From an uncultured Candidatus Saccharibacteria bacterium (GTDB taxonomy: Bacteria > Patescibacteriota > Minisyncoccia > Phycocordibacterales > Phycocordibacteraceae), in the NCBI GenBank assembly GCA_964469405.1, contig CAYXYP010000002.1, forward strand, positions 9,338-73,337: DNA of 64,000 bases, in the 5' to 3' direction. Position numbers and translations under genes: made by a program. The notes beneath the pieces are model-generated. The model had not been told where the DNA came from, ran no database searches, and was given only the letters and a program-made list of their open reading frames with translations. Each line of letters begins with the position of its first letter. Position 1 is the first letter of the stretch. Below, one piece after another: positions 46,218-54,516 of the stretch.

Positions 46218-47168
46218 ATGGGTGATGCACACGACGCGTGGTTTTTTATAGGCGTTTTCGTCTTTATATTTATTATTTGGATAGCGACTGGTGGGCCGCT
46301 ACACCCTCTCGCCTTCACCGGACCAACGCTCGCACAGCCAGGCGAGCTTGGGGGTGGCACATATCTACAATTCCCCCGAGCGTCATTCTCTATTGGGAGT
46401 TCAAAAGTCTCATTACCGGGCTCTTCAAACAATTCAACAAATTCGGGAACATCGATACCTACCTTTATAGGAGGTAGCGTTTTTGGAACACCCTCCCCTT
46501 ATCGCGATATCGTCAGGATGAACCATTACGTCTCGGGCGCTGGCGGAACCGACCCAGGGAACGAATACATTGAAATATCAATTGCGCAGAATGCCAGCGT
46601 ACCCGTCGACATTTCTGGATGGTCGCTCTCCAGCGACGCGACCGGTAGTTCCGTTGTCATTCCCAAGGGAACCGAAGTCCCAACTTCGGGTGTTATAAAC
46701 GCGGCAGAAGAGATCGTACTTACTCCGGGCACTCGAGCGATCATAATCTCTGGACAATCACCTATCGGGGCATCATTCCGCGAAAACAAGTGTATTGGTT
46801 ATTTCAGCACCTTCCAAAAATTCTCCCCTTCTCTACCGCTAAACTGCCCTTCACCCTCCGACGAACTCACTTCTTTTTATGGCCAAAATTACATCCGCGA
46901 CTCATTTTGTATTGACCAGATAAACAAGCTCTCGCGCTGTCAGGTAACACTCACTCCGCCGACTGGTGTTTCAAACGCGTGCCAGAGCTTCGTGGTGAAA
47001 TACCTCAATTACAACGGATGCGTCGATGCTCACAAAAATGATACTGATTTTGCAGGTAGTACGTGGCGCATTTATCTTGGTCGTACGAACTCAATGTGGC
47101 GCACTCGGAATGAACTAGTGAAACTTCACGACATGAATGGAAAGACAGTTGACGCGTTCAGCTACTAG
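46218..47168 (+). CDS. Membrane-anchored protein with a lamin-tail-like domain and a Cys-rich C-terminus
   Basis: N-terminal TM helix; NEYIEISIAQNASVPVDISGWSLSSD is an LTD-like motif. Confidence 0.55.
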   Translation: MGDAHDAWFFIGVFVFIFIIWIATGGPLHPLAFTGPTLAQPGELGGGTYLQFPRASFSIGSSKVSLPGSSNNSTNSGTSIPTFIGGSVFGTPSPYRDIVRMNHYVSGAGGTDPGNEYIEISIAQNASVPVDISGWSLSSDATGSSVVIPKGTEVPTSGVINAAEEIVLTPGTRAIIISGQSPIGASFRENKCIGYFSTFQKFSPSLPLNCPSPSDELTSFYGQNYIRDSFCIDQINKLSRCQVTLTPPTGVSNACQSFVVKYLNYNGCVDAHKNDTDFAGSTWRIYLGRTNSMWRTRNELVKLHDMNGKTVDAFSY

Positions 47169-47314
47169 AAGAAATGGGCTGCAAGTGGTAGAAATAGCAA
47201 TACACGTACGTATGTGTATACGCACGTTCGCGCCCGTATCTTCGAAGACTCGATACGAACGCTCATTCGGAGAGAAAGAATAAGTGAAGACACTCACTCT
47301 TTCTTCCTCATTTC

Positions 47315-47387
47315 GCGCCCGTAGCTCAGTCGGTAGAGCAGCGGCCTTTTAAGCCGTTGGTCGGTGGTTCGAGCCCACCCGGGCGCA
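47315..47387 (+). tRNA. tRNA-Lys (anticodon TTT)
   Basis: Manual fold: acceptor GCGCCCG/CGGGCGC, anticodon loop CTTTTAA, T-loop TTCGAGC. Confidence 0.9.
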
Positions 47388-47395
47388 CATATCTA

Positions 47396-48088
47396 TTATA
47401 TGGAGAGCGTCCATCGTTCAAGCGAGAGAGCTAGATTGAGATTCCCGCGACGAGAATTCTGAAGGAGTTCAATAAGCGAGAGCGACATCTGTCGTGCATC
47501 TTTAGGGGTCCATGCGCGACTCCCTTTGGACATGAGATCCCGAGCTTTCCAATGCAACACTCCGTGAAGCATTTCAGGTGCATCACCTGCACGAAGCGCA
47601 CGATTGACCTCAAGCCACAATGTTTCGTGCGAACGAGAAGCAAGTGCATTCACTAAATTCCCATTAAATCCTCGGGTAATCCCAGGAGGGGTGGTCCTAT
47701 CAAATTTGTATTCCATCTTCGCTTTCGCGGCGAGCTTCTTTGCTTTCGTTGCGGCGAGCTTTGGTGCGAGTATGATGATGGCATTGTCGGAAACAGCAAG
47801 TACTTCGAGATACTCTTCAAGAATGTTGCCACTCGTCTCCTCCTCTTCATCACTTTCTTCCGTGTCTACCCTGCGCGCGACTGGAAATGGGTCGTCAATA
47901 AGTACCAGAAGTCGCTTCACAAAAAGTCCACCAGAAAGCGCCACGTCTTCAAGCACCGCAGCAGTCAATTCTTCACGCGCCAGGCGCACGTATGAGAGAT
48001 TCGATTCCTTCGCACGAGCTTTAGAGATCCACTCGAACGCTTTGGTGCGTGTTTTTTCGACATCAGAACCATGGAAAAGATAGATCAT
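47396..48088 (-). CDS. holA: DNA polymerase III delta subunit-like protein
   Basis: IYLFHGSDVEK...LFVKRLLVLIDDPFP resembles the HolA N-terminal domain; the 4-nt overlap with polA uses the internal Met. Confidence 0.45.
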   Translation of the reverse strand: MIYLFHGSDVEKTRTKAFEWISKARAKESNLSYVRLAREELTAAVLEDVALSGGLFVKRLLVLIDDPFPVARRVDTEESDEEEETSGNILEEYLEVLAVSDNAIIILAPKLAATKAKKLAAKAKMEYKFDRTTPPGITRGFNGNLVNALASRSHETLWLEVNRALRAGDAPEMLHGVLHWKARDLMSKGSRAWTPKDARQMSLSLIELLQNSRRGNLNLALSLERWTLSI

Positions 48089-50526
48089 AGTGGATGCATG
48101 GAACCCCAATCATGACCGGATTTCACCACTGCAAGGATAGGTACATCATATGTTTCTTTGGGAGGTAGCACGGATTCCATGATTTCTTTTATTTTCATAC
48201 CAAGCACAGCAACTCGTTCAGTGCGAATCTCATACACGAGTTCGTCGTGTACCTGTAACAACAGGTAGGCATCTCCCGCATCGGGATACCCGACGGGATG
48301 CTGTGCTTTTTCCTTCTCCAGCATCTCATTCACGCGCACCATCGCGAGCTTGATGATATCCGCTTGTGTTCCTTGGATTGGCGCATTTATGGCCATGCGT
48401 TCTGCTTGCGCACGAACGTACGGAAGAGATGATTTCATTTCTGGAAATTGTCGGCGGCGACCGAAGAAAGTTTCTGTGTATCCGTACTTTCTCGCGAACC
48501 CTTTTGTCTTCTCCAGATATTCAGAAAGTGTCTTAAATGTGGTGAAATACTCTTCAAGATACTGATGTGCCTCTGCAGTGGTCGAACCGAGTTGGGCACG
48601 AAGAGCATTCACTCCCATACCATAGAGAATGCCAAAGTTAATGATCTTCGCTCGGCGTCGCATCTCGGCATCAACTGCCTCGGGAGCGACATGGAACACT
48701 TGTGCCGCGACCTCCCGATGCACATCTCTGCCGTCTTTAAATATCGCGCAGAGTTTTTCATCGCCCGACAGAATCGCTGCCAGCCGCAACTCTATTTGCG
48801 AGTAGTCGAGCGCAACGAGCGTGAACCCGACTGAGGCAACGAACGCATGTCGTATTGCGCGACCCCTTTCACTCCTCATGGGAATATTCTGAAGACCTGG
48901 GTTTTGTGAGGCCATGCGACCGGTTACCGCGCCCGTTTGGAGAAATTCGGCATGGAGACGATTTTTCCCATCAAGCATGAGAGGGAGGTTTTCAATATAC
49001 GTTCCAAGAAGCTTCTTCAGCTCACGGTATTCAAGAATATCATTCACAATCGGGTGTGCATCACGGATTTTTTCAAGCTCGCTTTCGCGAGTCGATCGTT
49101 GTCCTCCCGCAGTCTTCTTCTGTCGTTCCGGTACTATCTTCAATTCATCGAAAAGCACTTCGCCAAGTTGTTTCGGGGAGCTCACATTAAACTCGTGCCC
49201 GACGTGATTGTAAATACTCTTCTCAATAACCTTAAGTTCCGCGTTATATTTTTTTGCGAGACCATTCAATATCTCCGGATCAATAAGAACTCCATGTGCT
49301 CCCATCTGGCGCACTATGGTAATGAGCGGCCTTTCTATCTGCTCGTACACCTCAAGCACTCTGCCCATAGCGGACAACTGTTTTTCGAGTTCGGCACGCG
49401 CAGGAGCAAACATTCTCTGTTTTGTGAATGCAAGAATGTCGTCGAGCGACGGGTTCGTAAACTCAGATGAAATGAGCCAGAGCATCACTTTTGCTTCTGC
49501 GAGCAATGTCGGATCTACCTCCTCGGGAACCGGTTCGACGTATGTGGATTCCGAAACGTCTTCTCCTTCCACATCACTCGATGCATTTGTAAGAATCTTT
49601 TGTGCACGCTCCCGCAATGAACGGAATCCAAATTCATCACACATTGCTTGTACCTTCTGCAGCGCAACTGACTCATGCCACAAATGCTCAGGTAGAACAA
49701 ACGCGATGGGTGCGTCAAGACGTATCGTTGCGAGCGATTTGGAGAAACGAGCATCTTCTTCGTGCTCTTTCAGGAGAGTGATCATTCGAGCTTTCACTCC
49801 TTTTTTAAGAAAGACATCATCTCCCTTCTTAAGTTGCGTATATATGTTCTCAATTGTGCCAAACCCAGTGATGAGTTCGGTCGCAGTCTTTTCTCCGATA
49901 CCGGGAACACCTTTAATATTGTCGGAAGGGTCTCCGCGAAGACCCTTCCAGTCGGGAATAAGCGCCGGGATAAATCCGAAGCGTGCCACGACAGATTTCT
50001 CATCGTACAAGATTGTGTCATTAATACCCTTCTTGAGAGTATAGACGCGAACACGCTCATCATCGACAAGCTGCAATGTGTCCATATCACCCGAAGCAAT
50101 AATGACGTCAACACCTTCTTCACGAAGTTCGTGCGCGATAGTACCAAGAAGATCGTCTGCCTCGTACCCCTCCCGTTCGTACATCGGGATAGAAAAAGCC
50201 TCAAAGACTTTACGCGACTCGTTCAACTGGAGCGCGAGAGCGTCATCGGTTTTTACGCGAGTTCCCTTATAGTCCGCATACGCCTCATGACGAATAGTCG
50301 GCTTCGGCAAGTCAAAACAGGCAGCAATGTAGTCCGGCTTGAGGTCAGTAACAATTTTAAGCAACATTGAGACAAGACCATAGAGCGCGCCAGTCGGCGC
50401 TCCAGTAGGGCCCGTGAACTCTGGCAACGCATGGTACGCGCGATGAATAATCGCATGAGTATCTAAGAGAACGATACGTTTATTTTTGGAAACTTTTTTA
50501 GTCATATGAAATGGTGCGTGAACCAT
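48085..50526 (-). CDS. polA: DNA polymerase I (5'-3' exonuclease domain plus polymerase domain)
   Basis: 813 aa with N-terminal FEN-like domain and C-terminal family A polymerase motifs (DYSQIELR, QVHDELV). Confidence 0.95.
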   Translation of the reverse strand: MVHAPFHMTKKVSKNKRIVLLDTHAIIHRAYHALPEFTGPTGAPTGALYGLVSMLLKIVTDLKPDYIAACFDLPKPTIRHEAYADYKGTRVKTDDALALQLNESRKVFEAFSIPMYEREGYEADDLLGTIAHELREEGVDVIIASGDMDTLQLVDDERVRVYTLKKGINDTILYDEKSVVARFGFIPALIPDWKGLRGDPSDNIKGVPGIGEKTATELITGFGTIENIYTQLKKGDDVFLKKGVKARMITLLKEHEEDARFSKSLATIRLDAPIAFVLPEHLWHESVALQKVQAMCDEFGFRSLRERAQKILTNASSDVEGEDVSESTYVEPVPEEVDPTLLAEAKVMLWLISSEFTNPSLDDILAFTKQRMFAPARAELEKQLSAMGRVLEVYEQIERPLITIVRQMGAHGVLIDPEILNGLAKKYNAELKVIEKSIYNHVGHEFNVSSPKQLGEVLFDELKIVPERQKKTAGGQRSTRESELEKIRDAHPIVNDILEYRELKKLLGTYIENLPLMLDGKNRLHAEFLQTGAVTGRMASQNPGLQNIPMRSERGRAIRHAFVASVGFTLVALDYSQIELRLAAILSGDEKLCAIFKDGRDVHREVAAQVFHVAPEAVDAEMRRRAKIINFGILYGMGVNALRAQLGSTTAEAHQYLEEYFTTFKTLSEYLEKTKGFARKYGYTETFFGRRRQFPEMKSSLPYVRAQAERMAINAPIQGTQADIIKLAMVRVNEMLEKEKAQHPVGYPDAGDAYLLLQVHDELVYEIRTERVAVLGMKIKEIMESVLPPKETYDVPILAVVKSGHDWGSMHPL

Positions 50527-51022
50527 CAGGGAGCGCAGCGAGTGATACGTGCATCGAAGGCGTCGGCAATGTTTCTGCTACTTTCTCCGGCCACTCGAGC
50601 AGAATGAGATTACTCGTATCTTGCATAAGCTCATCGAAACCGAGAGGATCAAGATCTTTTCCACTTTCGAGTCGATAGGCATCAATATGGATAAGACGCT
50701 TGAATGACTGCCCACCCGGGAGCAGATAGATTTTCTCGAGTACAAAAGTGGGGCTAGTAACCATCTCCTCGACCCCAAGAGTATTCGCAACCGCTTTGGC
50801 AAAAGCAGTCTTCCCTGCCCCAAGCTCGCCAGAGAGAGTAACGAGTGTCGCGCCTCGCGCGCTCGACACGAGCGGCGCGAGTGACCCCACAAAGCGCACG
50901 GCCTCTTCCGCGAGCTCTTCTAGCGTTCGAATAATCTTCTCCATATATAGACATAATTGTACCGCTGAAAATGAAAGTGCGCTCTCTTTATAAAGAGAGC
51001 GCACTTGAAAACGCGACATCAA
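50498..51022 (-). CDS. tsaE: tRNA threonylcarbamoyladenosine biosynthesis protein TsaE (P-loop)
   Basis: GELGAGKT P-loop plus the SPTFVL motif; the likely start is the internal MEKII at 50944. Confidence 0.8.
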   Translation of the reverse strand: MMSRFQVRSLYKESALSFSAVQLCLYMEKIIRTLEELAEEAVRFVGSLAPLVSSARGATLVTLSGELGAGKTAFAKAVANTLGVEEMVTSPTFVLEKIYLLPGGQSFKRLIHIDAYRLESGKDLDPLGFDELMQDTSNLILLEWPEKVAETLPTPSMHVSLAALPDGSRTISYD

Positions 51023-51024
51023 AC

Positions 51025-51372
51025 TTACCAGTAACGCCCGGAGCCACCGTACATGTACGGATAGCCGCCGTAGCCGTATGGATAGTAACCATAATAGGGC
51101 TGGTTCCAGTAAGGATAGCTCGTGACCGAATCAGGCGTACCGCACACCATTTTCCCATTCGTCCACATCCAGTGTGCTGGATCTTTGCATCCTATCTGAG
51201 ATAGCAGCAGAGGTTGTGCTGGTACTTTGTTTTTTATATCTTCCGGCGACTGCGGTTGGTATTGTGGGACGGACGTCACCTTACGAGCCGGCTGATTGTA
51301 CTGCACCACGCATCCACCAAGCAGAACAGAGACCAGAAGGACCGGAGCTACTAAGACATGTATCAACTTCAT
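51025..51372 (-). CDS. Lipoprotein with Tyr/Gly-rich C-terminus
   Basis: Signal peptide with lipobox LLGGC. Confidence 0.55.
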   Translation of the reverse strand: MKLIHVLVAPVLLVSVLLGGCVVQYNQPARKVTSVPQYQPQSPEDIKNKVPAQPLLLSQIGCKDPAHWMWTNGKMVCGTPDSVTSYPYWNQPYYGYYPYGYGGYPYMYGGSGRYW

Positions 51373-51517
51373 ACACGCCTCCTTTCTTTGATTTATAATT
51401 CATTATCTAGCAACAGCATATCTTGATAGATTATACTACCACTTATAGCAAGTTGTCAAGTCTTGCTCCTTATATTCATTTCAGGGTGGTACTATCACTC
51501 TGATATCATTTATACGT

Positions 51518-53188
51518 ATGGATTCCCGTTTTGATACTAAACACGAGGATACGGAGCTCGCTCGCGTACGCGAACGAGAAGAGGAGGATGTGGCGCATAT
51601 CCTCTCTGAAAAGTACGACTTATCCTATGCCGACCTCTCACTGAAAGAAATAGATAATGAGGCGCTCCGAGTCGTTCCTGAGGAGCAGGCGCGTCTATGC
51701 GAAGCAGCTGCTTTCATGAAAACGGCGAAGGTGCTTTCGATCGCCATCCACAATCCGAACAATCCAGAACTTGCGAAACTTATTGAGGAACTTATTGGTC
51801 GTGGATTTCTATTGCAAAAATTCATGGTCTCGAAAAAAAGTCTCGACAAGGTATTCGCCCGTTATAGTGACCTCTCCTTCACGACAAAATCAAAAGCGGG
51901 CGTATTTATCGTTACTCCCGAAGCACTCGAGAACATAACTCATGAAGATCGATCAAGGAAGACTCTTGAGCAGGAACTTGACGCTGCAATGAACCTCAAA
52001 TCAATTGATCGTGTTTCCCATTTGCTTGAGCTCGTTCTAGCGGGTGCGTTTGCTCTCCGTGCTTCTGACATCCATTTCGAGCCAAGCGAAGAAAAGACTC
52101 TTCTCCGTTTACGCATCGATGGCCTCCTGTCAGATATATACCATTTCGACCCAGGAACCTACCACCAAATCAATTCACGTATCAAACTCCTCTCGGGAAC
52201 GAAATTTAATATCACCAACCGAGCACAAGACGGCCGCTTCAGTATTGAAAAAGGGAAAAATCAGATTGAAATGCGCGTCTCATTCATCCCTGGGAACTAC
52301 GGAGAGTCTATTGTTATGCGTATTCTCGATCCCGAGGCCACAAAAGTTTCCTATAAAGAGCTCGGCATCCATCCAAAACTTCTCGCCCGGCTTGAGACCG
52401 AAATCCGACGACCGAACGGGATGCTCCTCACGACCGGTCCTACCGGAAGCGGGAAGACGACGACTCTCTATTCGTTCCTTCGAGAAATCCATTCTCCGGA
52501 AATAAAAGTAATCACTATCGAAGACCCGGTTGAATACCACCTCGACGGCATCGTGCAAACACAAGTTGAGGGAGAAAAATATACGTTTGCCGAAGGGCTC
52601 AAGTCAATTGTGCGTCAGGACCCGGACATCATCATGGTCGGCGAAATCCGAGATGGCGAAACAGCCAATATCGCCATCCAAGCAGCGCTCACTGGGCATT
52701 TTGTATTCTCCACACTCCACACAAACAACGCTGCCGGCACATTCCCGCGCCTCGTAGATCTTGGCGCGGATTCGAGATCCTTTGGTTCAGCGGTTACCGT
52801 CTCGATGGCACAACGTCTGATACGCAAACTCGATCCAAACAAAAAGAAAGAACGCCCGCTTACGGACGAGGAGAAAAATATGATCGCGAAAATATTCGAA
52901 CCACTTACTGACAAATCGCTCGTACCTTCCAAAATAGAGACGGTATGGGAGCCAGCGCCTCTCGACACCGATGAAACTGGTTATAAGGGGCGTGTTGGCC
53001 TCTATGAGGCTATATTCATGGACGACGAGCTCGCGACTTTTTTGCGCGATAATCCGTCCGAGAATGACATTGCGCGACTTGCAGCGAAGCAGGGCTATCT
53101 CACAATGGCACAAGATGGCATCATCAAAGCACTTGCCGGTATCACTTCCCTCTCTGAGGTTGCTGCTACTGTCGATCTCCCACGTTAA
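51518..53188 (+). CDS. pilB: Type IV pilus / type II secretion assembly ATPase (PilB/GspE family)
   Basis: Walker A GPTGSGKTTT plus Asp box, Walker B and His box. Confidence 0.9.
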   Translation: MDSRFDTKHEDTELARVREREEEDVAHILSEKYDLSYADLSLKEIDNEALRVVPEEQARLCEAAAFMKTAKVLSIAIHNPNNPELAKLIEELIGRGFLLQKFMVSKKSLDKVFARYSDLSFTTKSKAGVFIVTPEALENITHEDRSRKTLEQELDAAMNLKSIDRVSHLLELVLAGAFALRASDIHFEPSEEKTLLRLRIDGLLSDIYHFDPGTYHQINSRIKLLSGTKFNITNRAQDGRFSIEKGKNQIEMRVSFIPGNYGESIVMRILDPEATKVSYKELGIHPKLLARLETEIRRPNGMLLTTGPTGSGKTTTLYSFLREIHSPEIKVITIEDPVEYHLDGIVQTQVEGEKYTFAEGLKSIVRQDPDIIMVGEIRDGETANIAIQAALTGHFVFSTLHTNNAAGTFPRLVDLGADSRSFGSAVTVSMAQRLIRKLDPNKKKERPLTDEEKNMIAKIFEPLTDKSLVPSKIETVWEPAPLDTDETGYKGRVGLYEAIFMDDELATFLRDNPSENDIARLAAKQGYLTMAQDGIIKALAGITSLSEVAATVDLPR

Positions 53189-53436
53189 TATAGAAACGAA
53201 AACATCCCATACATAATCCTCCAGGCAAAAACCCGCAATAAAGCGGGGAGAACGAGACACCTGAGGAGATTCCCAGCGCCAGTACCGGAGTACCAGACCA
53301 GAAAGCCCTTGGGGAAACGTCCAAAGCCGTCAAGCCTTGCCTAGAGGAGTATGGAAAGGATCTAATTGGCCTGTCTTCCTTTGATCAATAACAGGACGTC
53401 GAAACTATGGTAATATGTTAGCATCATACTATTTTT

Positions 53437-54432
53437 ATGTCAACCCCTTCGGAAGCTCTCCTCCCTCTCTCGAAATCTCTCGATGCGGCACTACGTCCTT
53501 CTCATTGGGATGACTACGTTGGACAAAAACAGGTGAAAGCGAATGTTCGTATTGCCATTGACGCGGCAAAAAAACGCGGCGGCATGCCTGAACATATCCT
53601 CTTCTACGGCCCTCCGGGCGTCGGCAAAACTACACTCGCTCATCTGGTCGCAGCGACACTTGAATCGCCTTTGAAAAGCACGTCCGGTGTCGCCATCGAG
53701 CGGTCGGGAGATCTCGCTGCGATACTCACCAACCTCGAACCGAACACGGTGCTCTTCATCGACGAAATTCATCGTCTCTCGCGCAAAATAGAAGAGCTTC
53801 TCTACCCCGCACTCGAATCGGGACATCTCGACATCATTCTTGGGAAAGGGCCTTCTGCACGCACGGTCGAACTTGCGCTTCCCTCTTTCACGCTTGTCGG
53901 TGCAACCACACGCATTGCTGAGCTTTCAGGACCGCTCCGCTCGCGCTTCGGCGGTGGTACCTATCAACTCGATTTTTATGGCGAAGACGACCTCAAAGAT
54001 ATCGTCCGTCGCTCGGCGCTCTGTCTCGATCTCAAGGCGCCCGAAGAAGTTATTGACCGTATCGCAGCAAGAAGTCGCGCAACCCCCCGCGTCGCGAACG
54101 CGCTTCTGAAGCGCGTTCGCGACTTCTCTGAGGTACATGAACGCGAACTCTCTGCCAAGCTTTGCGATGAAGCGTGTGAGCTATTTGGTATTGATGCATT
54201 CGGACTTACGAAGGATGATCGTCGCTATCTTGAAACTCTTTTGAAGAGCTTCCGAGGCGGGCCAGCAGGCGTTCGCGCGCTCGCAGCCGCAATTCATGAG
54301 GACCCAGACACGGTCGAATATATATATGAGCCATACCTGCTTCGTCTTGGATTTATTGAGCGATCCTCGCGCGGTCGCATACTTACACCAAAAGGTCGCG
54401 CTTTCCTCCGCGGAGAAACGCCAGCAGCCTGA
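53437..54432 (+). CDS. ruvB: Holliday junction DNA helicase RuvB
   Basis: AAA+ GPPGVGKTTLA plus the RuvB C-terminal winged helix. Confidence 0.95.
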   Translation: MSTPSEALLPLSKSLDAALRPSHWDDYVGQKQVKANVRIAIDAAKKRGGMPEHILFYGPPGVGKTTLAHLVAATLESPLKSTSGVAIERSGDLAAILTNLEPNTVLFIDEIHRLSRKIEELLYPALESGHLDIILGKGPSARTVELALPSFTLVGATTRIAELSGPLRSRFGGGTYQLDFYGEDDLKDIVRRSALCLDLKAPEEVIDRIAARSRATPRVANALLKRVRDFSEVHERELSAKLCDEACELFGIDAFGLTKDDRRYLETLLKSFRGGPAGVRALAAAIHEDPDTVEYIYEPYLLRLGFIERSSRGRILTPKGRAFLRGETPAA

Positions 54433-54516
54433 ATTCTTTAGAAGAGGCGCATTTGCCTAACGAGCAGTGGTAGCAAGCAACAACTTTTTTAAAATACGGT
54501 ATATCATGTAGCTACC